A stretch of 64,000 nucleotides of DNA from Mobilitalea sp. (GCA_047606065.1 JASGEU010000133.1:28905-92904), one strand, 5' to 3'; positions 39,547 to 49,744 are shown, counted from the first letter of the stretch. Translations and numbers: made by a program. Notes: generated by a model from the sequence alone, not told the origin.

Positions 39547-40440
39547 TTATTTTCTAATCCTGCTAAGGACACTATCATGAATAACAAACTCAACCCTTCC
39601 CATATACCCTGGTGCAACTTCATACTCATCGAAAGCAATCACAAGCTGATTGTCAGTATTAAAGTAAAAGTTTTGATCGGGTTTAATTGCCTCAAAGTTA
39701 TCAAGTCCATCCTCCGTATCAATGAAGTACATTTTGTCTTCCTTCTCTATTTGATCTCTCATTTGCTCCTTAATATTCTCACTGATGACTCCGACATAAT
39801 CTGCATCTGATTTGAACAAATCACTTAGGGTCGCTATTTTACCAGTCTGTTTATTAAAATGATAGAACTTACTATACTCATAGCCGCTTGCCTGTACCTC
39901 AAGAACATTAATTCTAAGGGTGAACCATTCCTTGGTATCGGTAACCACCTCCCAGGTTACATCAAGTTCCTTATGCAGATCCGTAGAATCTCCAACTTCT
40001 TTTTCAAACTGTTTCACCAATAAATCAGTGTAGTCAACAATCTCTTGGTTGGTCTCATCAATAGCATTTGTATTGGTACCCTCTTCCTTTGTGCTATCTA
40101 TATCTGTTTCTGCAATTTGAGGTATCTCCACATTCGCTTTACTATTTCCATTATCAAACACGTATTTATCAATGGTTACCACACGTACAATACTGCCCAG
40201 GATTGGTATATCCCCCATGGCTTCCGCAATTTTGCTATTGGTATTTGGTAATACTACTAAGAGAAGTGCTGCTGCCGCCACAGCACTGCCACCTACCCTG
40301 AACTTATTTATTTTACTTCTGCGTTTTTTCTCGATTTTTGCTAAACTTATGCTCTTATGTACTTCTTCCAGCCCTGCTTTTGGAGCTTTCACTGCGTTAT
40401 ACTTTTCCTTTAATTCATATATTTTTCTTTTATTTTGCAT
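39547..40440 (-). CDS. RsiV-like anti-sigma factor (DUF4163/DUF3298)
   Basis: Basic N-terminus, TM, IPILGSIVRVVT, C-terminal FYF..DNQLVIAFDEYEVAPGYMG. Confidence 0.8.
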   Translation of the reverse strand: MQNKRKIYELKEKYNAVKAPKAGLEEVHKSISLAKIEKKRRSKINKFRVGGSAVAAAALLLVVLPNTNSKIAEAMGDIPILGSIVRVVTIDKYVFDNGNSKANVEIPQIAETDIDSTKEEGTNTNAIDETNQEIVDYTDLLVKQFEKEVGDSTDLHKELDVTWEVVTDTKEWFTLRINVLEVQASGYEYSKFYHFNKQTGKIATLSDLFKSDADYVGVISENIKEQMRDQIEKEDKMYFIDTEDGLDNFEAIKPDQNFYFNTDNQLVIAFDEYEVAPGYMGRVEFVIHDSVLSRIRK

Positions 40441-40451
40441 CTTTAATCTCC

Positions 40452-40934
40452 TTATTCTTCTAAACTTATTTGTAATTTTTTCAGTGTTCGATACATTTTG
40501 CTTTTTACTGTATTTAACTTTTCACCCGTCATGTCTGCTATTTCTTCCAACGTATACTCTTCGTAAAATTTTAAAATTATAATTGTCTTATCCGTAGCAT
40601 CCAAGTTATCTATCGCTTTCTCCAAATCATAATCTACATAATGGTCCGTCTGTGAAATATCTATAGCGGATATGTCATAGGAGTCTTTTTTGTGCTTCTT
40701 AATAAAAGCCAATGCTTCGTTAATCATAATTCGATAGATCCAGGTGTTTGCATAATCAGGATTTTTCAAGGTTTCACTTTTAAGGATTGCTTTGTAGGCG
40801 CCTTCTTGAACTATGTCCATAGCATCCGTCTCATTATGCACATAACTGTAAGCCAATCGATAATATTTGTCATAATTCCTAATTAAGTAATTCTCAATTA
40901 GGCTCTCCATAATATTCTTCATTTTAATATTCAT
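40452..40934 (-). CDS. ECF sigma factor (SigV-like)
   Basis: YYRLAYSYV.NE.DAMDIVQE..TWIYRIMIN..TVKSKMYR; directly upstream of the RsiV-like gene. Confidence 0.85.
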   Translation of the reverse strand: MNIKMKNIMESLIENYLIRNYDKYYRLAYSYVHNETDAMDIVQEGAYKAILKSETLKNPDYANTWIYRIMINEALAFIKKHKKDSYDISAIDISQTDHYVDYDLEKAIDNLDATDKTIIILKFYEEYTLEEIADMTGEKLNTVKSKMYRTLKKLQISLEE

Positions 40935-41190
40935 ACCTTTCTATCTATCTGAAAACTTTGTGCCGCGGACACAGAGCTTTGTGTGAAAAATTCAGCTTCA
41001 CGCTTATCATTTGCAGCCCTCTATCTATTAGATTATTAGTTTTACAAAATAGTTGCATTGTATGAAAATATTTATAATAAAATATCGCAACAAGATTTAT
41101 TGATACTTTCCTTTACCCTTGCAGATGCAAAAAAAGAAGGCTGATACTGATGCCCTCTTTTCCTTGCCCACTACATTAAGATATCCTATT

Positions 41191-41745
41191 TTACAACTGG
41201 CACTTCTCGCAAATATATATACTTCCGCCCAAGTAGCTTTCTTTTTTAATTAAAGTATGGCATACCGGACAGGGTTGATTCACTGTATTCTTACTTAAAA
41301 TTGTTCTATAACCTCCCTTACTTCCGTACAAATCATATTCCGTATCCCTCCCACCCTTCTGATACATCTCTGTAAGTACTCTTTTAATTGTCTTGTACAG
41401 GGTGTCCAATTCCGTATCCTGCAAAGTAGACATTTTACGTTTGGGATGTAATCCGGAATGAAATAGGATATCTTGAGCCGAGCCGTTACCGAGTCCGGTA
41501 ATACGCTGTTCCGTTGTAAGAAATGCCTTTACCGAAAGCGACGAAAGCTTTTCCTTATGAATTAGAGCTGTAAAATATTCTTCGTTAAAGGCTTCCTCCA
41601 AAGGAGAAGGATTATGATTAAATTTGTATTCATTAGGGATACCCTTGCTATCTCCTTCTTTAAAGCAGAATAAGGAACCCCACATCTGAATTGTGCAAGT
41701 TATAAAAGTTGAATCCTCAAATTCAATTAGAAGCTGATGTTCTTT
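41191..41745 (-). pseudogene. 5'-truncated Fpg/Nei (endonuclease VIII-like) glycosylase
   Basis: HQLLIEFED..QMWG, H2TH motif EQRITGLGNG..DILF, C-terminal C4 zinc finger; the N-terminal catalytic region is absent. Confidence 0.75.
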
Positions 41746-41839
41746 GAGATACTTCAAAATATTCCGCAAGCTCTTTTGCACTTACTTGATTTTTATTAAG
41801 CAGCAGCATTATAATTGCGAGCAATCTTTCCAGTTTCAT
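41723..41839 (-). pseudogene. Truncated YafY/WYL-type HTH regulator (38 aa)
   Basis: RBS GAGGTG, then MKLERLLAIIMLLLNKNQVSAKELAEYFEVSQRT, then a shift into Nei sequence and a stop. Confidence 0.75.
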
Positions 41840-41915
41840 ATATCACCTCTGTATTTTATATGGGTTATACAATCTACCATTAATATAGATATTTTTAGTA
41901 GATTGATGCGCTTTA

Positions 41916-42293
41916 TTATATGGCAATCCACCAGAACACACCGAATTTATCTACAACATCCGCACAGTATTTATTCCATTCAACAGGTCCCAAGGAATGA
42001 ATCACCGTTCCTCCCTCACTCAATACTTCAAAGGCGTGTCGGACAGCCTCTTCACTCCCCATTTCATATACATTAAAGGCAGTGGTCTGCCAGGCTTGTC
42101 CTTTTGTACGTTCACAATCCTCCGGTGCTTCGCTCACTGCCATAAATAACTGGTCATCAACCATTAGTTCGCAATGTGCATATGTATTCTCCGGTGTTGT
42201 AAAATTTAAGCCTATTTTTGCACCAAAGGCATCACAATAACGTTCTACTGCTTCAAAACTGTTTTTCACATATACCTGTGCCCCGATTTTCAT
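41916..42293 (-). CDS. VOC/glyoxalase (PhnB-like) protein
   Basis: EAVERYCDAFGA..YAHCEL..F..LSEGG.VI..W...A.VVDKFGV.WWI; start after RBS AAGGAGG. Confidence 0.8.
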   Translation of the reverse strand: MKIGAQVYVKNSFEAVERYCDAFGAKIGLNFTTPENTYAHCELMVDDQLFMAVSEAPEDCERTKGQAWQTTAFNVYEMGSEEAVRHAFEVLSEGGTVIHSLGPVEWNKYCADVVDKFGVFWWIAI

Positions 42294-42448
42294 CACTAAC
42301 ATCCTCCTTAAATTATTATCCAACTACTATTGATTATAACATATAAAAATATAATTTCCAGCATATCCCTCCGTCACTGAATTACTATGATAACTTTTTA
42401 CTACTACCCATGATAGAATTGTATTAAAAATAACTTCTTGCACGGACC

Positions 42449-42477
42449 TGAAACTTTTTTCACTGAATTATAGTATT
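42449..42477 (+). promoter_or_regulatory. Putative ECF autoregulatory promoter
   Basis: TGAAAC followed by a T-tract, N16 spacer, then TAGTATT, upstream of the ECF gene. Confidence 0.4.
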
Positions 42478-42499
42478 GATAGTTGAAAGGAGGGTATGA

Positions 42500-43051
42500 A
42501 TGGAAGATTGTACAATCATAAAAAAAATGAAGCTAAATAAAGAGAAAGCTCTTGAGGCTTTGATGCAACGCTACACTTCTTATGTTGTTACTATAATTAT
42601 GAGAATTGGCGGCCAACTTTTATCCGCCCAGGATGTGGAGGAAATTGCATCAGATGTATTTTATGCCGTATGGAAAAGGCGAGAAAGCTTAATTGAGGCA
42701 GATAGTCTAAAACCCTACATTGCACAGATAGCAAGAAATATGACAAAAACACGATTGACTCAAACCCGAGAAGAAGAACCTTTGGAAGAGGACATTCTTG
42801 TCCTCATTTCTAACGATATTGATGAACAGCTCATACAGAAGGAACAATTGGAATTTCTACGTGAAACCATTTTACGGTTTGAATATCCTGATAAGGATAT
42901 CTTACTGGCTTATTATTTTTGGAATTATAAATTAGCTGATATTGCAAAGTTGTTTGAATTGCCGCTCTCCACGATTAAATCAAAACTTTATCGTGGTCGT
43001 AGCGAGCTTGTAAAAAGATTTGAAAAAGGAGGTTATCATTATGAAGCATAA
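42500..43051 (+). CDS. ECF sigma factor
   Basis: Region 2 (DVEEIASDVF..W..LKPYIAQIARN) and region 4 (STIKSKLYRGR). Confidence 0.85.
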   Translation: MEDCTIIKKMKLNKEKALEALMQRYTSYVVTIIMRIGGQLLSAQDVEEIASDVFYAVWKRRESLIEADSLKPYIAQIARNMTKTRLTQTREEEPLEEDILVLISNDIDEQLIQKEQLEFLRETILRFEYPDKDILLAYYFWNYKLADIAKLFELPLSTIKSKLYRGRSELVKRFEKGGYHYEA

Positions 43052-44129
43052 AATTAATTTGCACCAATTATTTGTTAAACTGGATCTGGAAGACATGCCT
43101 TTAGAAGACAGCACCTCTCCCTCCCACCAGATAAATATGAAACGCATACGCCAATTAACTATGGAAAAAGTGCAAAAAGATAAGAAATCAATATTACCCT
43201 TTCAAAGGCACCTATTTAAAGCATCTCTTGCAGCCTGTATTATATTTTGCATCAGCGGTGTAACCGTATTTGCTGCGACCAATGAAACCGTGCGCCAAAC
43301 CATCAGTGAATTACTTGGTATTTCACAAACTGAAATACTTACAGTGGGCAAAAGTATAGAAAGTAAAGATTATAAGCTAACTGTTGACGAAATTGTTTGT
43401 GATTCCTACACCGGTATTGTAACAATATCCGTGGAAGCTTTAAGTTCAAATGCTAAAGAAACCTTTATAACTGATAATATTATTGAGAAATTAGGCCATC
43501 TGGGTTCTGTTGGTTACGGTCTTAGAGAACTGGAAGAATTACAGACGGAATATACCAGATGTTTTTCCTTTTCCTTTAATATAGGGAATGTACGACATAA
43601 AGCTGATGGATTAAATTTTTCTATGGAAGGTATTTCGAAAGAAATAAAAATACCAATCACACAGACCTTAGAATTAACTGAATTAGATGTTAACATACCA
43701 ACAGCGGAGGGTTATTCTGTGTCGTACCAGAAGCTATGCTATTCGGAACTTGGCTTTACTCTATTGGGTAAAATAGAAAATCAGGATTTTAATATTGAAA
43801 ATTTCTTAATATTGTTTGAGTCTATGGATGGCAGTAACAGTGAATTTTATCAGTACCATGCAGAACAGGATAATTTGATAAACGATCCCAGCGTGAACAC
43901 CGCTCAAACACAGGCTAGCAGCAAAGGCATTGAAACAACTGTCAGTAGCCCTACTGAAGAGTCCCCCAAAGACAATTCAATTATCGAATTTGATGACAAA
44001 TGGTTTTCAGGAGGTGGGGAATCTACTGATTCGGATAAAGTAACTTCTATCTTCAGCTTTTCTAAAAAAATGGATTGGTCTACGGTGAAATCTATTACGA
44101 TTAATGGAACAACGATCAGAGTTAATTAG
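43041..44129 (+). CDS. Anti-sigma factor (DUF4179-like), single TM
   Basis: Overlaps the sigma stop; TM ending VFAA; extracytoplasmic beta-rich domain. Confidence 0.65.
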   Translation: MKHKINLHQLFVKLDLEDMPLEDSTSPSHQINMKRIRQLTMEKVQKDKKSILPFQRHLFKASLAACIIFCISGVTVFAATNETVRQTISELLGISQTEILTVGKSIESKDYKLTVDEIVCDSYTGIVTISVEALSSNAKETFITDNIIEKLGHLGSVGYGLRELEELQTEYTRCFSFSFNIGNVRHKADGLNFSMEGISKEIKIPITQTLELTELDVNIPTAEGYSVSYQKLCYSELGFTLLGKIENQDFNIENFLILFESMDGSNSEFYQYHAEQDNLINDPSVNTAQTQASSKGIETTVSSPTEESPKDNSIIEFDDKWFSGGGESTDSDKVTSIFSFSKKMDWSTVKSITINGTTIRVN

Positions 44130-44449
44130 TATGTACCTAATCTTGTATTAAAACAGAATCTTATGAGCCTTTATCTCTCCTTGAGATAAGGGCTTTTTAT
44201 CATAAAAATCTGGATTATTCGTCCGATTCTTTAAAGAGATATGCCTTACTTTTTATTGTTACTGCAAGAAATCAGATTTTATATTGAATAACTCACCATT
44301 CTGATTTAGTATATATATGATGATTTTCTAAGTTATGGTAAAATTATTTCCAGTTTATATAAAGCAGAGAAAGCATAATGTAATTATTTTATGCAGAAAT
44401 ATTTTACTAACACTTAAATTTATGCTTTTCGTAACAATGGAGGATTACT

Positions 44450-46159
44450 ATGTCTTACAAAGATCTTCATAAATTTATAGAAGAGTTAGAGCAGCACGGT
44501 GAGCTAAAGCGAATAAGTACGGAGGTTTCCTCTGATCTTGAAATTACAGAGATTACAGATCGAATATCCAAAGCTCATGGACCAGCTTTGTTATTTGAAA
44601 AGGTACGTGGTTCCAAGTATCCTGTACTAATTAACGCAATGGGCAGTTATAAGCGTATGAGTATGGGGCTGGGTGTTAAGGAGTTGGACGAGCTTGGTGC
44701 TTTGATAACTGACTACTTAAATTTAGGCAACTACTTATCCATAAAGAAATTAATAAAAAGTATACCTCGTTTATTACGACTATTGTATGTATTCCCTTCC
44801 AAATCAAGAAGAAAAGGGAAGTGTCAAGAGGTCATAGAACGAGAGGTGGATTTGGACACCCTTCCTGTTCTACAATGCTGGCCGGAGGATGCAGGTAAAT
44901 TCGTAACTCTGCCCCTGGTCTTTACAAAGGATATCAAAACCAAGAGACAGAACGTAGGAATGTATCGACTGCAAATTCTTAATAAGACCAGTACCGGTAT
45001 GCACTGGCATAAGCATAAGGATGGTTCTGAAATCTATAAGGGCTATCAGGAGTCAGGTAAGAGAATGCCCGTATCAGTAGCACTGGGCTGTGATCCTGCA
45101 ATTACCTATTCCTCTACCGCACCCCTTCCCCCTATGCTGGATGAAATGATGTTAGCAGGCTGGTTGCGTAAATCCAGAGTCAAAATGGTAAAATGTATCA
45201 CCAATGATATCTATGTGCCTGCAAATGCTGAATTCATTTTAGAAGGTTATGTGGACCCCACAGAGGAACTGGTATTGGAAGGTCCCTTTGGCGATCACAC
45301 CGGATATTATTCTCTGGCTGATTACTATCCAAGATTTCACGTCACCTGTATTACCCATAGAAAAGATGCTATTTATCCTGCTACCGTAGTTGGAAAACCT
45401 CCCATGGAGGATTGTTATATGGCAAAGGCAACCGAGCGAATCTTCCTACCCATGCTTCGTATGATAATCCCTGAATTAGTGGATATGAACTTACCGCTTG
45501 AGGGAGTCTTCCATAACTGCGCGATTGTATCCATTAAGACGAAATACCCCGGTGCTGCTATTAAGACAATGAACAGTATCTGGGGCATGGGGCAAATGAT
45601 GTACACTAAATTGATCATTGTCGTGGATGACTCTGTTAATGTACAGGATATCAGGCAAGTGCGTGAAGCTGTACTTTCACATGTAATTGCGGACAAAAGC
45701 CTCGTAATAGCAGAAGGTCCTTTGGACGCTCTGGATCATTCCTCCAATGAAGCCTTATATGGTTACCGCCTTGGGGTGGATGCAACCAGCAAAAACACTT
45801 TGCAAAAAGAAAACACAGTAACTAACACCTATCATATTATGTCCATATGCAAGGAACGTCCCGGACAAGGGAAAGAGGTTTTATCCGACTATATGGATAC
45901 TCATTCTGATAAGTTTGTGATTGCCGTTGACGAAGAGGTTAATCCTTTGGACTTGTCTACGGTAATGTGGAAGGTCTTTAATAATATAGATGCAAAGAGA
46001 GATCTCCTTATCCTTGATGGCAAAATCGGTATTGACGCTACTAAGAAATGGCGAGAAGAAGGCATTACCAGGGACTGGCCAAACGACATCGAAATGTCAC
46101 AGGAGATAAAGCAGCAGGTTAACGAAAGATGGAGGCAATATGGTATTGACATTGACTAA
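44450..46159 (+). CDS. UbiD-family prFMN-dependent decarboxylase, menaquinone (MqnL-like) subtype
   Basis: NVGMYRLQ, MHWHKHKDG, EGPFGDHTGYY, ATVVGKPPMED, duplicated C-terminal domain ending GIDATKKW..G..R.WP..I.M. Confidence 0.85.
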   Translation: MSYKDLHKFIEELEQHGELKRISTEVSSDLEITEITDRISKAHGPALLFEKVRGSKYPVLINAMGSYKRMSMGLGVKELDELGALITDYLNLGNYLSIKKLIKSIPRLLRLLYVFPSKSRRKGKCQEVIEREVDLDTLPVLQCWPEDAGKFVTLPLVFTKDIKTKRQNVGMYRLQILNKTSTGMHWHKHKDGSEIYKGYQESGKRMPVSVALGCDPAITYSSTAPLPPMLDEMMLAGWLRKSRVKMVKCITNDIYVPANAEFILEGYVDPTEELVLEGPFGDHTGYYSLADYYPRFHVTCITHRKDAIYPATVVGKPPMEDCYMAKATERIFLPMLRMIIPELVDMNLPLEGVFHNCAIVSIKTKYPGAAIKTMNSIWGMGQMMYTKLIIVVDDSVNVQDIRQVREAVLSHVIADKSLVIAEGPLDALDHSSNEALYGYRLGVDATSKNTLQKENTVTNTYHIMSICKERPGQGKEVLSDYMDTHSDKFVIAVDEEVNPLDLSTVMWKVFNNIDAKRDLLILDGKIGIDATKKWREEGITRDWPNDIEMSQEIKQQVNERWRQYGIDID

Positions 46160-47018
46160 ATTTATTCACAAAATCATGGATTATGGAAAGCTGGTTATGT
46201 TCTCCCATACCATATTTTCATTAAGTTTTGCTCTCTTGTCTATGCTGTTGGCAGCAGGAGGGCTTCCAAAGTTAGAGACCTTATTTTGGATTATGATCTG
46301 TCTTTTAGGTGCCAGAACTGGTGCCAATGCAATTAATCGTGTTATTGATGCGGAAATAGATGCTAAGAATGCGAGAACCGCAAACCGCCAGATACCCAAA
46401 GGTGAGTTTAAGAAAAAGGAAGTCCTTGTCTTTACTGCCTTCTGTTTTCTGCTCATGCTGGTTGGTGCATATCAATTAAATATGATTTGTTTCGTCCTAT
46501 CACCTGTTGCGTTATTTTTAATGATTATCTACTCTTATTGCAAGCGCTTTACGTTCCTTTGCCACTTGGTCTTAGGTATTACATGTGCCTGTGCGCCTGT
46601 TGGAGCCTGGCTTGCTGTAACTGGCAAATTAAGCCTTCTTCCTCTGTTTATGGGTGCAGCCAATACTCTGTGGGTTGCAGGCTTTGATATCATTTATGGG
46701 TCACAGGATTATGACTTTGATAAAGCAAATCATCTGCATTCCATACCGGTCAAATTCGGTGTTAAGGATGCCCTAAGAATCGCTATGCTATTTCATATTA
46801 TAACTGTACTTTGTCTCGTAGTAATTGGTTTACTGGCAGCCCAGCTGGGAGTAATCTACCTGATAGGAATTCTGATTATTTGCTGTTTATTTGTAGTTGA
46901 ATACCGTTTGGTTTCGCCCACAAATCTAACAAATGTTAATATTGCCTCCTATAGTATTAACCAGTTAATCAGCATTGTTCTACTAATCAGCGGTTTACTT
47001 GATGCTTTTATCTTATAA
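46140..47018 (+). CDS. UbiA-family aromatic prenyltransferase (MqnP-like)
   Basis: FSHTIFSL.FA, GARTGANAINRVIDAEIDAKNART.NR.IP, YSYCKRF, GFDIIYG.QD..FD. Confidence 0.88.
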   Translation: MVLTLTKFIHKIMDYGKLVMFSHTIFSLSFALLSMLLAAGGLPKLETLFWIMICLLGARTGANAINRVIDAEIDAKNARTANRQIPKGEFKKKEVLVFTAFCFLLMLVGAYQLNMICFVLSPVALFLMIIYSYCKRFTFLCHLVLGITCACAPVGAWLAVTGKLSLLPLFMGAANTLWVAGFDIIYGSQDYDFDKANHLHSIPVKFGVKDALRIAMLFHIITVLCLVVIGLLAAQLGVIYLIGILIICCLFVVEYRLVSPTNLTNVNIASYSINQLISIVLLISGLLDAFIL

Positions 47019-47056
47019 ATAATAATGTAATAATAATGAATGAGGTGTATACTACA

Positions 47057-48001
47057 ATGTTAAAAAAACTACAATTGCTTTTTCTATTTATCTTACTTGC
47101 TTTATTTTTAATCGGTTGCAAGGGGAAAGATGCTCAAACTCTTTCCGAAAAAACTGTTATTCGTATTGGAATGATGTCCTCTTACGATGTTATTCCTTAT
47201 GTTATGATTAATGAACTTGGTCTTGCCGATCAGTATCAGCTTGATTTACAGCTCGAGGTATTTACTTCTGCCAAAGACCGAGATGCGGCACTTCTTGCCG
47301 GAGAACTTGATGGGGTGCTGACGGATTACATCGGCGTATGCATGTATCAGAATGCTGATTTTGATGTAAGAATTACGGGTATTACCGATGGAGACTATGT
47401 TCTGGTAGCCGGCAAAAACAGCGGAATTACCTCTATTAATGATATTGCAGGGCGTAGCATTGCCATATCACAGAATACCTTAATTGATTACACCCTGGAT
47501 CAAATCCTCGAAAAGAATTCTATGGAAAGCGATGCTGTCGTTAAGGAAATCGTACCACGTATCCCGGACAGAGTAGAATTACTTCGAAACGACCAAATTG
47601 ATCTTGGACTTTTACCAGAACCCTTTGCTTCTATTGCTTTAAATGATGGTGCCGTATACTTAGGCAGTGCCAACGATATTAATCTGTATCCTGCTGTATC
47701 TGCTTTCACCAAAGAATTTTTGGATTTTAAATCTGAAGCTGTTAAGAATTTATACAAGGCTTATAATGAGGCTGTTGAATACCTTAACAAAACCGATATC
47801 TCCAACTATGAGGATACTGTAATTAAGACAGTAGGTTACCCTGCCGAGATGAAGGGTCAGATAACGATAGAGCCTTTCCGCACCAGTGAGCTCCCTCCGA
47901 TGGAGGATGTAGCTTCCGCCATCACCTGGGCAAGTAATAAGGAGTTATGCAGCTCTGACTTAACCTATGATAATCTCGTATTTGATGTATATTCTAAATA
48001 A
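47057..48001 (+). CDS. ABC transporter substrate-binding lipoprotein (NMT1/SsuA-like fold)
   Basis: Lipobox LIGC; F.SAKDRDAALLAGELDG; LPEPFAS. Confidence 0.8.
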   Translation: MLKKLQLLFLFILLALFLIGCKGKDAQTLSEKTVIRIGMMSSYDVIPYVMINELGLADQYQLDLQLEVFTSAKDRDAALLAGELDGVLTDYIGVCMYQNADFDVRITGITDGDYVLVAGKNSGITSINDIAGRSIAISQNTLIDYTLDQILEKNSMESDAVVKEIVPRIPDRVELLRNDQIDLGLLPEPFASIALNDGAVYLGSANDINLYPAVSAFTKEFLDFKSEAVKNLYKAYNEAVEYLNKTDISNYEDTVIKTVGYPAEMKGQITIEPFRTSELPPMEDVASAITWASNKELCSSDLTYDNLVFDVYSK

Positions 48002-48078
48002 TTTGTAACTGTTCAGAACCAAGCAGAATATTTAATAATTTAGCCCTGAAAGCTTGCTTTCTAAGGATAATTTTTATA

Positions 48079-48118
48079 CAAGGCGAAACGACAATTCGTT
48101 TCACTTTTCATGAGTATT
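48079..48118 (+). repeat. REP-like repeat, copy 5
   Basis: 33/40 identity to copy 2. Confidence 0.75.
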
Positions 48119-48213
48119 CCTGTTTGGCGAGAGCCGAATAACGAGGAAACCTGTGGTTTTCGAACTTGGTTTTGAATAGTTTTTCATAATATAAGAATGA
48201 AAGGTGGACAACT

Positions 48214-48966
48214 ATGCTTATTATCAATGATTTGTCTATTCGATATAAATCCAAGCAATCAACTGACCTGGTAATCAGCCATCTTTCCTTTCAGTTAAAG
48301 AAGGGTGAGTCACTGGCAATCCTTGGACCTTCCGGCTGTGGCAAATCCACTTTGATAAATGCCCTTGCTGGATCTCTATCGATAGAAAGCGGCACCATTG
48401 AATATGCTGCCTTGGAACAGCTCTGCCCTTTAAAACAAAAAGTACATAAAATAGGACTAATCCCACAAAACTATGGCTTACTGCCTTGGAAGACTGTTAA
48501 AGAAAATTGTGAACTGCCCTTAAAAATCCGCAAGGAAAATTATAATGGTGAAGGTAACAAGGAAATGTACCAAATATACGAATCGCTTAACATTCAACAT
48601 ATCCTTGGCAAATATCCAAAGGAATTAAGCGGGGGGCAACTCCAAAGAACCGCTATTGCAAGAGCTTTTCTTCTAAAGCCTGATTTACTGTTAATGGATG
48701 AGCCTTTTTCTGCCCTTGATGCTATCACCAGAGAAGAAGCCAGAGAATTGTTTTTAAAAGTATGGGAACATCAAAAACCTACCACCCTTCTTGTAACTCA
48801 CAGCATAGAGGAAGCCCTTTATTTGGGGAATACCATTTATGTTATGGCTCCACAGGGCGGTGATATCAAATATCAGATGAACAATCCCTATTTTGGAGAG
48901 TTACATCCGAATCATATGGATTATCTCATGGCAAAGCAAATACTTCGGGAGCAATTGATAGCCTAA
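48214..48966 (+). CDS. ABC transporter ATPase (SsuB/TauB-like)
   Basis: [40 protein letters not shown]. Confidence 0.9.
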   Translation: MLIINDLSIRYKSKQSTDLVISHLSFQLKKGESLAILGPSGCGKSTLINALAGSLSIESGTIEYAALEQLCPLKQKVHKIGLIPQNYGLLPWKTVKENCELPLKIRKENYNGEGNKEMYQIYESLNIQHILGKYPKELSGGQLQRTAIARAFLLKPDLLLMDEPFSALDAITREEARELFLKVWEHQKPTTLLVTHSIEEALYLGNTIYVMAPQGGDIKYQMNNPYFGELHPNHMDYLMAKQILREQLIA

Positions 48967-48982
48967 GAGAGGACGGAAGCCT

Positions 48983-49744
48983 TTGAATAAATTACTAAAG
49001 CAATGTATGATCTTTCTACAGGGATTTTTGTCGGTGAATTTAATCTGGTTAATTGCTTATCTATTCACCGACACCACTGTAATTCCTAACCCCCTCCGGG
49101 TTTATCAAAGCTTTCCTGTGGTTTTGAAAGATCACATGTTAATACATATCTTGTACAGTTTAAGAAGAATTGGAGCTGGGTTAGCCCTGTCCCTAATCAT
49201 TGGCATCCCTCTTGGAATACTTCTAGCCTATTCAAGGAAAGCCAATCGAATTTTATATCCGTTGATCTATTTTAGTTATCCTATTCCTAAGACAGCCTTA
49301 CTTCCTATTGCAATGCTGCTGCTTGGTATGAGGGATGGATCAAAAGTAGTAATTATGGTGCTGGTTCTTGTATTTCAAGTTATCATATCTGTTCGTGACA
49401 GCATTCAGACCATTGATAAATCCATGTACCAGGTTATAAAAAGTGTGGGGGCAAATAAGCTCTCAATCATTCACCATGTTACTATTCCTGCCATTCTACC
49501 CAATTTACTAACCAGCCTTCGGGTATCTCTTGGAGCTGCGCTGTCCATACTATTCTTTGTAGAAGGTTATGGAACAACCTATGGAATCGGCTACTATATT
49601 CAGGATGCCTGGTCCAGAATTAATTATATTGAAATGTATATTGGAATCATCACAATTGCCATAATTGGTTTTTTCTTATTTGTGGCTGTTGATTATCTTG
49701 CCTATCGTATGTGTAAATGGAATTATACTACGGATAACAATTAG
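48983..49744 (+). CDS. ABC transporter permease (SsuC/TauC-like)
   Basis: YPIPKTALLPI, HV.IPAILP.LLTSLR, GIGYYI..AW. Confidence 0.88.
   Translation: MNKLLKQCMIFLQGFLSVNLIWLIAYLFTDTTVIPNPLRVYQSFPVVLKDHMLIHILYSLRRIGAGLALSLIIGIPLGILLAYSRKANRILYPLIYFSYPIPKTALLPIAMLLLGMRDGSKVVIMVLVLVFQVIISVRDSIQTIDKSMYQVIKSVGANKLSIIHHVTIPAILPNLLTSLRVSLGAALSILFFVEGYGTTYGIGYYIQDAWSRINYIEMYIGIITIAIIGFFLFVAVDYLAYRMCKWNYTTDNN

Noticed and set aside
47057-48001. Binding protein as MqnA or MqnD (which share the SBP fold)
   Set aside because: Has a lipoprotein signal peptide and a cognate ATPase and permease, so it is a transporter component
3786-48118. The 40-bp repeat read as a CRISPR array or as integron attC sites
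   Set aside because: Copies are kilobases apart with no regular spacers; no cas or integrase gene; orientation relative to genes is inconsistent
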